Positions 56,591 to 64,000 of a stretch of DNA of 64,000 bases are shown here, one piece after another. Source of the DNA: Bacteroidota bacterium. Its GTDB lineage: Bacteria > Bacteroidota > Bacteroidia > UKL13-3. Every line of letters starts with the position of its first letter. Position 1 is the first letter of the stretch. The position numbers were made by a program, and so were the translations under genes. The notes below the pieces were generated by a model. The model did not search any database. It was not told the origin of the DNA and saw only the letters and a list, made by a program, of their open reading frames with translations. The stretch lies in contig JBPXJS010000011.1 of the NCBI GenBank assembly GCA_051715425.1, forward strand, positions 33,581 through 97,580, in the 5' to 3' direction.

Positions 56591-57046
56591 TTAGCTGCTG
56601 TGGTCACTTACGATTACCCATTTGTTATCGAGTTTTTTAAGCAATAAGCTAAAATAGCCACTCAGGTTTCCTTTTTCTTTGCGGGTTAAATCCCATTTGC
56701 CAACAACATACGCAGAAGTAGGGGAGAGCAGTTCCACTTTCAAAATATCAAACTGAAGCTGACCCATGGCTGCTTTATCCGGGTACGACTTTTTATAGGT
56801 ATCAAGTGTGGCCTGCCAGCCTTTGGTAATTCCTTTTTTGCCAATAAATGACAGCGAGTCATTTTTCCAGTAGCCCATCATGTATTGATCAAGGTTGCCC
56901 TCATTCCATGCACTTTTCTGGTTCATCAGCAGGCGTATAATTTGTTGTTTATCGGGCAACTGTTGTTTGTGGTGTTTTGGATGTTTCTTTTGGGCAAAAG
57001 AAGGGATGCTAAGCAGCACAAGAATAAGAAAGAGGATGTTTTTCAT
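56591..57046 (-). CDS. Secreted SnoaL/NTF2-like (DUF4440-type) protein
   Basis: Signal peptide. The pattern WNEGNLDQYMMGYW...YVVGKWDL...WVIVSDHSS is typical of the NTF2-like fold. Confidence 0.6.
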   Translation of the reverse strand: MKNILFLILVLLSIPSFAQKKHPKHHKQQLPDKQQIIRLLMNQKSAWNEGNLDQYMMGYWKNDSLSFIGKKGITKGWQATLDTYKKSYPDKAAMGQLQFDILKVELLSPTSAYVVGKWDLTRKEKGNLSGYFSLLLKKLDNKWVIVSDHSS

Positions 57047-57074
57047 ACTGGTAAGTTTAGTAGCAAGTTAAGGG

Positions 57075-58211
57075 TTAAGAATCTATTCCGCAGAATTTTG
57101 TGAAGTGAGAAGGGGTAATTATTTCTGAGCCTGCCTCCGGGTATAGATTTATGAATGCTTTGGAAATTTTCTTATTTCCTTTTGTTCCCCACTTCATCTC
57201 GAACGCAGTTATCCCTCCATCTTTGGTTTCCACATAATCTACTTCACTCTGATTGTAGCTGCGCCAGAAATAACTTTTTACGGGTGTATGTAATGTGAGA
57301 TGAAGTTTCATTCGTTCACTTATCATCAGGTTTTCCCAAAGTTTTCCAACGTCATCCCGCATAGAGAGGTCGTTGTAATTCCCTATCACCGCATTGCGGA
57401 TCCCATTGTCCCAAAAATAAATCTTACTCATTTTGGTTACTTCCTTGCGTGCATTTGTACTGAACGCATTTAAGCGAAACACCACAAACGATTTTTCCAG
57501 CAGACCGATATAACTTTCTACCGTTTCTGATTTTACCCCAAGAGAGTTTGATAACTCGTGTATCGAAACTTCATTCCCTGTTTGAAAGGCCAGTAATTTC
57601 AGTAGTTTGTCTAGTAATTCCGGTTTACGTAAATCTTTCCATGCCAACACATCTTTATATAAATATTGGTTAGCCAGATTTTTTAAAAGGGTTTGGGCAT
57701 CATGCCGGTTATTGCATATATCCGGATAGTTTCCGTAAACGAGGTGAAAGGGAAGTTGTTGTTCTATTTCAAAGGGTGATTTGCCATCGTATAGTTCTGA
57801 CAACGAAAATGGATATAAGTGAAAGAGCAGATGCCTGCCTGTTAAGGGTTCGAAAATTTTTTCGGAAATATCAAGAGCTGATGATCCTGTTGCTATAAAC
57901 TGCACGTCTTTGAAATGATCAACAAGAAGTTTAAGCAGCAGCCCTGGGTTTTTTATTCGCTGCACTTCATCAATTACCACTGTTTTATAATTACCTACTA
58001 CTTGCTTAAGAGAAGGGAGATCCTGTTTCTCCAAACGCTCCCTTACTGCCGCCTCATCCGCATTAAGCCATAATACAGTTGATTGATCGGAAAACAGCGA
58101 GGAGAGCATAGTGGTTTTACCCACCTGTCTGGCTCCGGTAATAACCAATGCTTTGTGTTTATTAAGCCATTGTATAAGGTTAACTTCTGCCAAACGGCTG
58201 ATGGAATTCAT
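57075..58211 (-). CDS. AAA+ ATPase with C-terminal DUF4143-like domain
   Basis: 378 aa. Walker A (ITGARQVGKTTML), Walker B (VVIDEVQ), and a C-terminal region typical of the AAA_14/DUF4143 architecture. Confidence 0.75.
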   Translation of the reverse strand: MNSISRLAEVNLIQWLNKHKALVITGARQVGKTTMLSSLFSDQSTVLWLNADEAAVRERLEKQDLPSLKQVVGNYKTVVIDEVQRIKNPGLLLKLLVDHFKDVQFIATGSSALDISEKIFEPLTGRHLLFHLYPFSLSELYDGKSPFEIEQQLPFHLVYGNYPDICNNRHDAQTLLKNLANQYLYKDVLAWKDLRKPELLDKLLKLLAFQTGNEVSIHELSNSLGVKSETVESYIGLLEKSFVVFRLNAFSTNARKEVTKMSKIYFWDNGIRNAVIGNYNDLSMRDDVGKLWENLMISERMKLHLTLHTPVKSYFWRSYNQSEVDYVETKDGGITAFEMKWGTKGNKKISKAFINLYPEAGSEIITPSHFTKFCGIDS

Positions 58212-58220
58212 AGGTCAAAA

Positions 58221-58283
58221 GTACAAAAATTTCCAGTATAGTGGAAATTTTTGTACTAATTTTTCCACTATACTGGAAAAATT
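58221..58283. repeat. Two adjacent palindromes sharing the core TTTCCA-[G/C]TATA[G/C]-TGGAAA; candidate operator pair and/or terminator of kmo
   Basis: 58221-58256 is gtacaaaaatttccaGTATAGtggaaatttttgtac (15-bp arms). 58258-58283 is aatttttccaCTATACtggaaaaatt (10-bp arms). The segment 58229-58246 is the exact reverse complement of 58264-58281 (18 nt). The palindrome centres are 32 nt apart. Confidence 0.9.
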
Positions 58284-58304
58284 AATGGTTTTGTGATGGG
58301 TTTA

Positions 58305-59639
58305 TCACGCAATCAGGTGCCAGATTTTCTCCATATAAGCAGCGTCCCTGAGTTTTTCTTCTCCACCATCGGCAATTATTTTTTCAAGCAACACATCGTT
58401 TTTCTTTCCCTGCTCCAGGGCATAGGCGTAAGGTGAGGTGCTAAAGGTGACCAGTTCGTATTGCGATTTAAATTTATCGGGATACAGTTCGGAGAGTTCG
58501 TGTTCAATAAATTTTTTATGAAGAAAATGTTTGTCGCCAACCTTATCAGCCATTTCCGAGTAGTTTTGAACGGCCAGATCGGCAATAGCATCGGCATTTG
58601 GTTTGCGTAATACCTGATATTCGGCAAAAGCTTTTTCCCAGTTGGGATAGTGTTTCTCTATGCACTCATCCAGTACAATTACATCTTCGAAGGAGCAGTT
58701 CATGCCCTGGCCAAAAAAAGGAACCACTGCATGCGCAGCATCGCCAGCCATCGCCATTTTACCTCCCCTTACCCATGGGTAACATTTTACCGTAACCAAA
58801 GATGAAGTGGGATTGGTAAAATAATCTTCAACCAAAGTTGGCATTAAAGGAACCGCATCGGGGAAATATTGATTAAAGAAGGTAACTACATCTTCTTCTG
58901 TTTTTATTTTTTCAAAACTTACTTCGCCTTCAAATGGCATAAACAGGGTACAGGTAAAATCGCCTGCCGGATTTGGAAGGGCAATCATCATAAATGCACC
59001 ACGGGGCCAAATATGCAGGTCATTCTTTTTCATCATAAACTTACCGGCTTCTCCTGCAGGGATGGCAAGTTCTTTATAACCTACATGCAAATAAGTTTGC
59101 GAATAATTAAACCTGTCGGTTGTTTGCATTCTGGCGCGGGTGGCGGCAAAGGCACCATCGGTACCAATAATGCGGTCGGAGTGGAATACCTTAAATGTGC
59201 CATCTTCCATTTCAAACTTAGATATCCCGTTTTCAATATCAATATCAACACATTTGGTATTAAAGTGAAGGTGAATATTGCTGAACTCATCGGCCAATTC
59301 CAATAAACGGATATTTAAGCGCCCGCGTGAAACGGAATTGATGGCCTGCCCCTCTTTTCCATAGGGTTGAAAAGCAAGCTCTCCGGCAATATTGTGAATC
59401 ATGCGTCCGTACATGGGTATGGCATCACTCATGATATCCTTATCGAGTCCCACTTTTTCCAGTGCCCTTAAACCCCTTACCGATAAAGCCAGGTTAATGG
59501 ATTTGCCGGCCGAAATCCGGTTTTTACGCATATCTGGTCTACGTTCAAAAAGGTTAATTTCAAAACCCCGCTTAGCCAGGTATATAGCAAGTAAGCTGCC
59601 TGATAATCCGCCTCCGATAATATTTATTTTCTCTGCCAT
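58305..59639 (-). CDS. kmo: Kynurenine 3-monooxygenase (FAD-dependent)
   Basis: 444 aa. FAD-binding N-terminus (INIIGGGLSGSLLAIYLAKRGFEINLFERRPDMR) and GDAAHAVVPFFGQGMN motif, adjacent to kynureninase. Confidence 0.8.
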   Translation of the reverse strand: MAEKINIIGGGLSGSLLAIYLAKRGFEINLFERRPDMRKNRISAGKSINLALSVRGLRALEKVGLDKDIMSDAIPMYGRMIHNIAGELAFQPYGKEGQAINSVSRGRLNIRLLELADEFSNIHLHFNTKCVDIDIENGISKFEMEDGTFKVFHSDRIIGTDGAFAATRARMQTTDRFNYSQTYLHVGYKELAIPAGEAGKFMMKKNDLHIWPRGAFMMIALPNPAGDFTCTLFMPFEGEVSFEKIKTEEDVVTFFNQYFPDAVPLMPTLVEDYFTNPTSSLVTVKCYPWVRGGKMAMAGDAAHAVVPFFGQGMNCSFEDVIVLDECIEKHYPNWEKAFAEYQVLRKPNADAIADLAVQNYSEMADKVGDKHFLHKKFIEHELSELYPDKFKSQYELVTFSTSPYAYALEQGKKNDVLLEKIIADGGEEKLRDAAYMEKIWHLIA

Positions 59640-59706
59640 GTGTAATTGATCAATGGTTCAAATTATTTAAAAAACTCCCGATTATTAAATGAGTAAAGTC
59701 AGTTTT

Positions 59707-60969
59707 TTATCTGTTAAAATACATGTGAAGGGCTTCACCTATCCTGTATATATCTTCAAATGAGTTATACATAGGCACCGGACTCATCCTGATCACATCC
59801 GGCTCCCGCCAATCGGGCATGATATTGTTCTCAACAAGAAAATCGAACAATTGTTTGCCGTTTTCTTTAACAATAATGGATAACTGGCAACCTCTTTCAG
59901 CAGGATTTGCAGGTGTGATAACTGTAAGGTATTGCTCAAATTGTTTCAATACAGATTCCAGATAGGCGGTGAGTTGTTCACTTTTTTTACGAAGGTTTTC
60001 TATTCCGGCTTTATCAAATAATTCAAGTGAAGCTTTGTGTATAGCCATTGGAAAAATCTGGGCATTGCTGAGTTGCCAACCGGCTGCCCCTTCCATGGGT
60101 TTAAATCCTTTCTTCATTTGAAAGCGTGTTGCCTCATCATGCCCCCACCATCCGGCAAAACGGATAAGGCCGGGGTTGGATCCGTGGCGCTCATTTACAA
60201 ATACCCCGCTGGTGCCTCCTGGTCCGGAGTTTAAATATTTATAAGTACACCATACGGCAAAATCCACGTCCCACTCATGCAGTTTTAAATGCAGGTTACC
60301 GGCCGCATGTGCCAGATCAAAACCTGCCACAGCTCCAACTGCATGTGCTGCCCTGGTAATAGCAGCCATATCAAACGCCTGACCGGTATAATAGTTTACC
60401 CCGCCTATCATCACAATAGCGAGGTCGTTTTGGTGTTCGTTAATTTTGGCAATAATATCCTCAGTACGCAAGGTGTATTCACCGTCTCTTGGTTTCAGTT
60501 CAATAATGGCATCATCCGGATCTAACCCGTGAAACCGGGCCTGGGTTTCCATAGCATACTGATCGCTTGGAAATGCCGAAACCTCCATCATGATTTTGTA
60601 CCTTGTTTTGGTGGGTCGGTAAAAACTTACCATCATTAGATGCAGGTTGGCTGTAAGGTTATTCATTACAACTACCTCTTTGGGTAATGCCCCAACTACT
60701 TTTGCCGCTTTTTCGGTAAGAAAATGGTGGTAATACATCCACGGGTTTTTTCCATCAAAATGTCCTTCTACTCCCAGTTCTGCCCAATCTTTTAATTCCT
60801 GATCAATGGCGGCCTTTGCCGCTTTGGGTTGCAGTCCGAGAGAATTACCGCAGAGGTAAACCACAGGCTTTCCGTTTTTTTGCAATAAATGATACTCGTT
60901 TCTAAAGGCAGCAAGCGGATCCTGTTTATCTAATTGCTGTGCAAATGCTAAGGTATGTTCAACGTGCAT
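59707..60969 (-). CDS. kynU: Kynureninase
   Basis: 420 aa. PLP-lysine region (AVWCTYKYLNSGPGG) and N-terminus (LDKQDPLAAFRNEYHL) are typical of KynU. Confidence 0.88.
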   Translation of the reverse strand: MHVEHTLAFAQQLDKQDPLAAFRNEYHLLQKNGKPVVYLCGNSLGLQPKAAKAAIDQELKDWAELGVEGHFDGKNPWMYYHHFLTEKAAKVVGALPKEVVVMNNLTANLHLMMVSFYRPTKTRYKIMMEVSAFPSDQYAMETQARFHGLDPDDAIIELKPRDGEYTLRTEDIIAKINEHQNDLAIVMIGGVNYYTGQAFDMAAITRAAHAVGAVAGFDLAHAAGNLHLKLHEWDVDFAVWCTYKYLNSGPGGTSGVFVNERHGSNPGLIRFAGWWGHDEATRFQMKKGFKPMEGAAGWQLSNAQIFPMAIHKASLELFDKAGIENLRKKSEQLTAYLESVLKQFEQYLTVITPANPAERGCQLSIIVKENGKQLFDFLVENNIMPDWREPDVIRMSPVPMYNSFEDIYRIGEALHMYFNR

Positions 60970-61084
60970 AATGGCTCAATCTATGCGCAAGTTTAACAAG
61001 AAATATTGAATGAAACAGCAGGATTATCATGCCCTTCACTAACAAGGATTTAGCATTAAGACAGGCAGTATAAAGAAGAAGAAG

Positions 61085-61738
61085 TTAAAGTACAGGTTCT
61101 GATTCCGGCTCCCCGGGTACGATTTCCTGGTTTTCTACAATTTCAGTGATATTGATATTCCAGTACCCATGCCTGATGGCAAATTCAAACAAGGAAAGTT
61201 TGTTGTTATCAATGGCCAGTTTAAGGCAAAGCTTTTTGAGGTTTTTTTCTACTGTTTTTTCTGATTTGCTCAATACCACAGCAATTTCCGAATTGGTTAG
61301 CTTACGGCATACCAGGTTTAACAGCCCTATTTCAGAGGAGGTTAAAGGCTCATGGCTGAACTTTTTTTTCTCAATACCCGTGATGGTTTTTAAAATACTT
61401 CCCAGGTTAAAAAAGTTGGATTTATGGATATATCCTTTCACTCCTATCGAATTAAAAAAGGAGATATCACTGGCACTGCTGGAAGAGGTAAAAACGATAA
61501 TGGGTAACCAGGGGCATTCGTTCCGTAGCCTTTGTGCAATCATAATACCGGAATCGCCAGGAAGATTTATATCCAGCAACAGGTAATCAATCTGATGGTT
61601 TTTGTATTCTTCAAAAAAAGTCAAACCCCACTCACAAGTTAGCACAATCCTGAAGTGAGGGTACTTGTTTAATTCATAAGCAACAATATACCGCCATAGA
61701 TTCGCATCTTCGATAATGGCGAAGTTGATCGTTTTCAT
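61085..61738 (-). CDS. NarL/FixJ-type response regulator (REC + LuxR HTH)
   Basis: REC residues are present (IIEDA, LLLDINLPG, VFTSS, HK). The LuxR-type HTH reads LTSSEIGLLNLVCRKLTNSEIAVVLSKSEKTVEKNLKKLCLKL. Confidence 0.85.
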   Translation of the reverse strand: MKTINFAIIEDANLWRYIVAYELNKYPHFRIVLTCEWGLTFFEEYKNHQIDYLLLDINLPGDSGIMIAQRLRNECPWLPIIVFTSSSSASDISFFNSIGVKGYIHKSNFFNLGSILKTITGIEKKKFSHEPLTSSEIGLLNLVCRKLTNSEIAVVLSKSEKTVEKNLKKLCLKLAIDNNKLSLFEFAIRHGYWNINITEIVENQEIVPGEPESEPVL

Positions 61739-62030
61739 AGCTGTGTGTGTACGAATATAACGATGAAATAGCTATAAAATTGGTTGATTACCCTAAATAT
61801 TGCTTAATTTATGGGGGAGCAGGTACCTCTCTACTTTTAGTTCCTGTTTTGGAGGCTAAATAGTTTGTTAATGGCTGTTAATGCCAACCAAAGAGCAGCG
61901 GGATATTGGCGCGTATGTATTTGGCATTTCGCGAAATCCAATATTGATTTTGCCTGAATGGAAAAAATCCCAATTGAAAATTTAAATAGATAAGTTCTTA
62001 TTGGTTACCTGAAGAAGCAATATTAATTAC

Positions 62031-63752
62031 TCAGGCAATTTTCAGTTTAAAGTAAAAACGACTGCCTTCACCAATATTGGTTTCTAAACCAATTTCACCT
62101 TCCTGTGCCTCTATAAACTCTTTGCTTATTGCCAGCCCAAGCCCTGTGCCTGATTTGCTGCTGCCGGGAACCTGAAAATAGCGGTTGAATATTTTGTCGG
62201 CATATTTGCTGTCAATACCTTTTCCGTAGTCTTTTACGGAAAACAATAAATCGTTATGTTCCCTTCGTAGTTCTATCCTTATGTCATTGTTTTCCGGTGA
62301 ATACCGGATAGCATTGGTAAGCAGATTAATCAGTACCCATGCCGTTTTTTCGGAATCGGCTTTAACAAATGGCAAGGGTTCTTCTGTATGAATATCAAGA
62401 TGTACATGTTTGTGCTCAGCTTGCAGTTTTACCGCCTCTATGGCGTAATGAAGAATCTGCTTAGGATCACTTTGCTGGATAGAAAGTTGAATATTGCCTG
62501 TTTCAACCTGTGAAAGATTTAACAATTCTCCTGTAATTTTTAATAAGCGATCGCTGTCTTCTTTAATACTGGTGATGAGTTTTTTTTGTTCCTCGTTTGC
62601 CTTCCCCACCCTTTCATCTTCCAGGAGCTGGAGACTCATTTTAATAGACGATATGGGTGTTTTGAGTTCATGAGAAATGGTGGCAATAAAATTTGTTTTG
62701 GCTGAATCCAGTTCTTTAAAAGGGGTAATGTTTTGAAGGATAATCACATGTCCGATATCGCGGCTTTGCTTTTCCCCTGTTGGTATTATGGATATGGGAA
62801 TGATATCTTTTTCAAAGTAGCTCTCCTTATTATTTGCAAATATTTTTAAAGGACGCTGAGAGCCGGTTTGTTCAGTTGACATATTTTGCAGAAGCGACCG
62901 CATGAGGTCATTTGTAATGGAAATTTCCTGAGCAGATTTACCAATGGCATTTTCCGTTTTTAATCCAAGGATGGTTAATGCTTCTGTATTTGCAAAAACA
63001 ATGTTTTTTTTATCGTCAAGCCCTATTACCGGATGATGCAGTTTGCTGATCAATGTTTCAATGCGTTTTTTCTCAATAAGAAGCCGGGCAAGGTTGCTGT
63101 TATCATATTCTTCAAGCTTGGCTGCCATGGTATTAAATGCAGCCGCCAAATCGCCAAACTCGCTTGTGCTGCTAAAATGTACGCGTTCTTTATATTGTTT
63201 GGCTGCAATCTGTTTAATACTGTTTGTTAATTCTTTTATCGGGTTTGCAATGCTGTCTGGCAAATTCATCAGCAGTATCAGGGAAAGAATAAAAGATAAT
63301 GTACCTGTTATGGCAATCCATTTGGTTGACCGGTCAGCGGTTTCTTCTGCTACTTTGCTTTTTCTCTCAATGGCCTGCATATTCAGCAGCATAATATCAT
63401 ATAGATCCTTTCTTATTTCTTTTTGCAACCTGGTCTCATCATCTTCAGCCAGTAGTTTCTGGAAATGATTGGTTAAACGTTCTGTTGCTTCTTTTTCACC
63501 CTTTTCGGTGATATTATTTTGCTGCCTGGTGAGGTTTACCAGAAAGGTATTGAGAGACACGCTGTCTGATCTTATTCCGTCCAGGGCCATCATCATTTGC
63601 CTTGTATAATCAAGGGTATTATAGTTGGCAACCAATATATTTTTGGTATCACCGGAAAGTGCATTAATCTGTTTGGTGCCAAGCACGCCAAGCAATACAA
63701 TATTGGCAAACAGAAATCCTAAACCCAGAATGAGCCGTGTTTTTATTTTCAT
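62031..63752 (-). CDS. Membrane sensor histidine kinase (TM-sensor, HAMP, PAS-like, HisKA, HATPase_c)
   Basis: 573 aa. H-box (ISHELKTPISSI), N-box (LLTNAIRYS) and G-boxes (DYGKGI, GTGLGLAISK). Confidence 0.88.
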   Translation of the reverse strand: MKIKTRLILGLGFLFANIVLLGVLGTKQINALSGDTKNILVANYNTLDYTRQMMMALDGIRSDSVSLNTFLVNLTRQQNNITEKGEKEATERLTNHFQKLLAEDDETRLQKEIRKDLYDIMLLNMQAIERKSKVAEETADRSTKWIAITGTLSFILSLILLMNLPDSIANPIKELTNSIKQIAAKQYKERVHFSSTSEFGDLAAAFNTMAAKLEEYDNSNLARLLIEKKRIETLISKLHHPVIGLDDKKNIVFANTEALTILGLKTENAIGKSAQEISITNDLMRSLLQNMSTEQTGSQRPLKIFANNKESYFEKDIIPISIIPTGEKQSRDIGHVIILQNITPFKELDSAKTNFIATISHELKTPISSIKMSLQLLEDERVGKANEEQKKLITSIKEDSDRLLKITGELLNLSQVETGNIQLSIQQSDPKQILHYAIEAVKLQAEHKHVHLDIHTEEPLPFVKADSEKTAWVLINLLTNAIRYSPENNDIRIELRREHNDLLFSVKDYGKGIDSKYADKIFNRYFQVPGSSKSGTGLGLAISKEFIEAQEGEIGLETNIGEGSRFYFKLKIA

Positions 63753-63788
63753 GCGAAACGGGGTATAGCTGTTAACATAAATGGATCA

Positions 63789-64000
63789 TTAAGAAAGAAT
63801 AATTAAATCTACATCAAAGGAAGATAGTTTTTTTAACAACTCCCTGAAAACGTTATTGGCAACAATAATACGAAGAAGATTGAGATGCGGTTTTCCAATA
63901 CACACGGTGGTGATATTTTTTTGTTCCACTACATCAACAATAGCTTTAGCAATATGTTTACTTTCCATCTTCATTATTTCGGCACCTAACTCTGTAGCCA
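63789..64000 (-). CDS. C-terminal end of a KdpD N-terminal/Usp-domain sensor protein (partial; continues beyond the window end)
   Basis: The reading frame is open to position 64000 (..ATELGAEIMKMESKHIAKAIVDVVEQKNITTVCIGKPH...DLIILS). It resembles the Usp-like part of KdpD and lies directly upstream of a separate kinase gene, the split-KdpD layout common in Bacteroidota. Confidence 0.55.
   Translation of the reverse strand, partial: ATELGAEIMKMESKHIAKAIVDVVEQKNITTVCIGKPHLNLLRIIVANNVFRELLKKLSSFDVDLIILS

Noticed and set aside
1-64000. Scanned all intergenic regions longer than 60 nt for CRISPR arrays, tRNA, rRNA or tmRNA-like sequences
   Set aside because: I found no repeat-spacer periodicity, no tRNA-like T-loop/acceptor patterns and no rRNA-like segments. 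Intergenic regions are short and explained by promoters and terminators.

Overview
This 64-kb window looks like a chromosomal segment of a Bacteroidota genome. The evidence is several T9SS type-A C-terminal sorting domains, CarboxypepD_reg-type TonB-dependent receptors with a DUF4249 partner, TAnnTTTG-type -7 promoter boxes, and split KdpD and LytS/LytTR regulators. About 85 percent of the window is coding. I found no rRNA, tRNA, CRISPR array, transposase or integrase. Most of it is ordinary core content: aspA, an Mrp/NifU Fe-S pair, rfbA-rfbB-galE with a CpsB-type phosphatase, folP-cdaA with DUF1599, aroK, an HU protein, a DEAD-box helicase, and kmo-kynU of the kynurenine pathway. The most interesting part is a visibly AT-richer accessory segment at about 38.0-45.7 kb with no mobility genes. 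It holds a divergent XRE regulator, a T9SS-sorted tandem-LamG protein, and a tightly packed four-gene minus-strand operon. That operon encodes a small secreted protein with a recurrent C-terminal helical module, a 972-aa T9SS-sorted protein with a lipase-like GxSxG alpha/beta-hydrolase core, a lipoprotein, and a small 2-TM protein. I propose this operon as a candidate, undescribed T9SS-exported lipase-effector module with possible immunity or accessory partners. This is inference only. Other points worth a second look: a 24-bp perfect inverted repeat that overlaps the end of the operon; GCATAA boxes spaced exactly 20 bp apart in the XRE/LamG divergent promoter region; twin TTTCCA-N6-TGGAAA palindromes upstream of an orphan AAA+/DUF4143 ATPase gene; a TonB-dependent receptor flanked by two HmuY-like proteins, one of them T9SS-sorted; tandem paralogous receptors next to a LytS/LytTR pair; a stand-alone MetH-type homocysteine-binding domain gene next to an APC permease; and an apparently frameshifted small TM/Cys-rich ORF.
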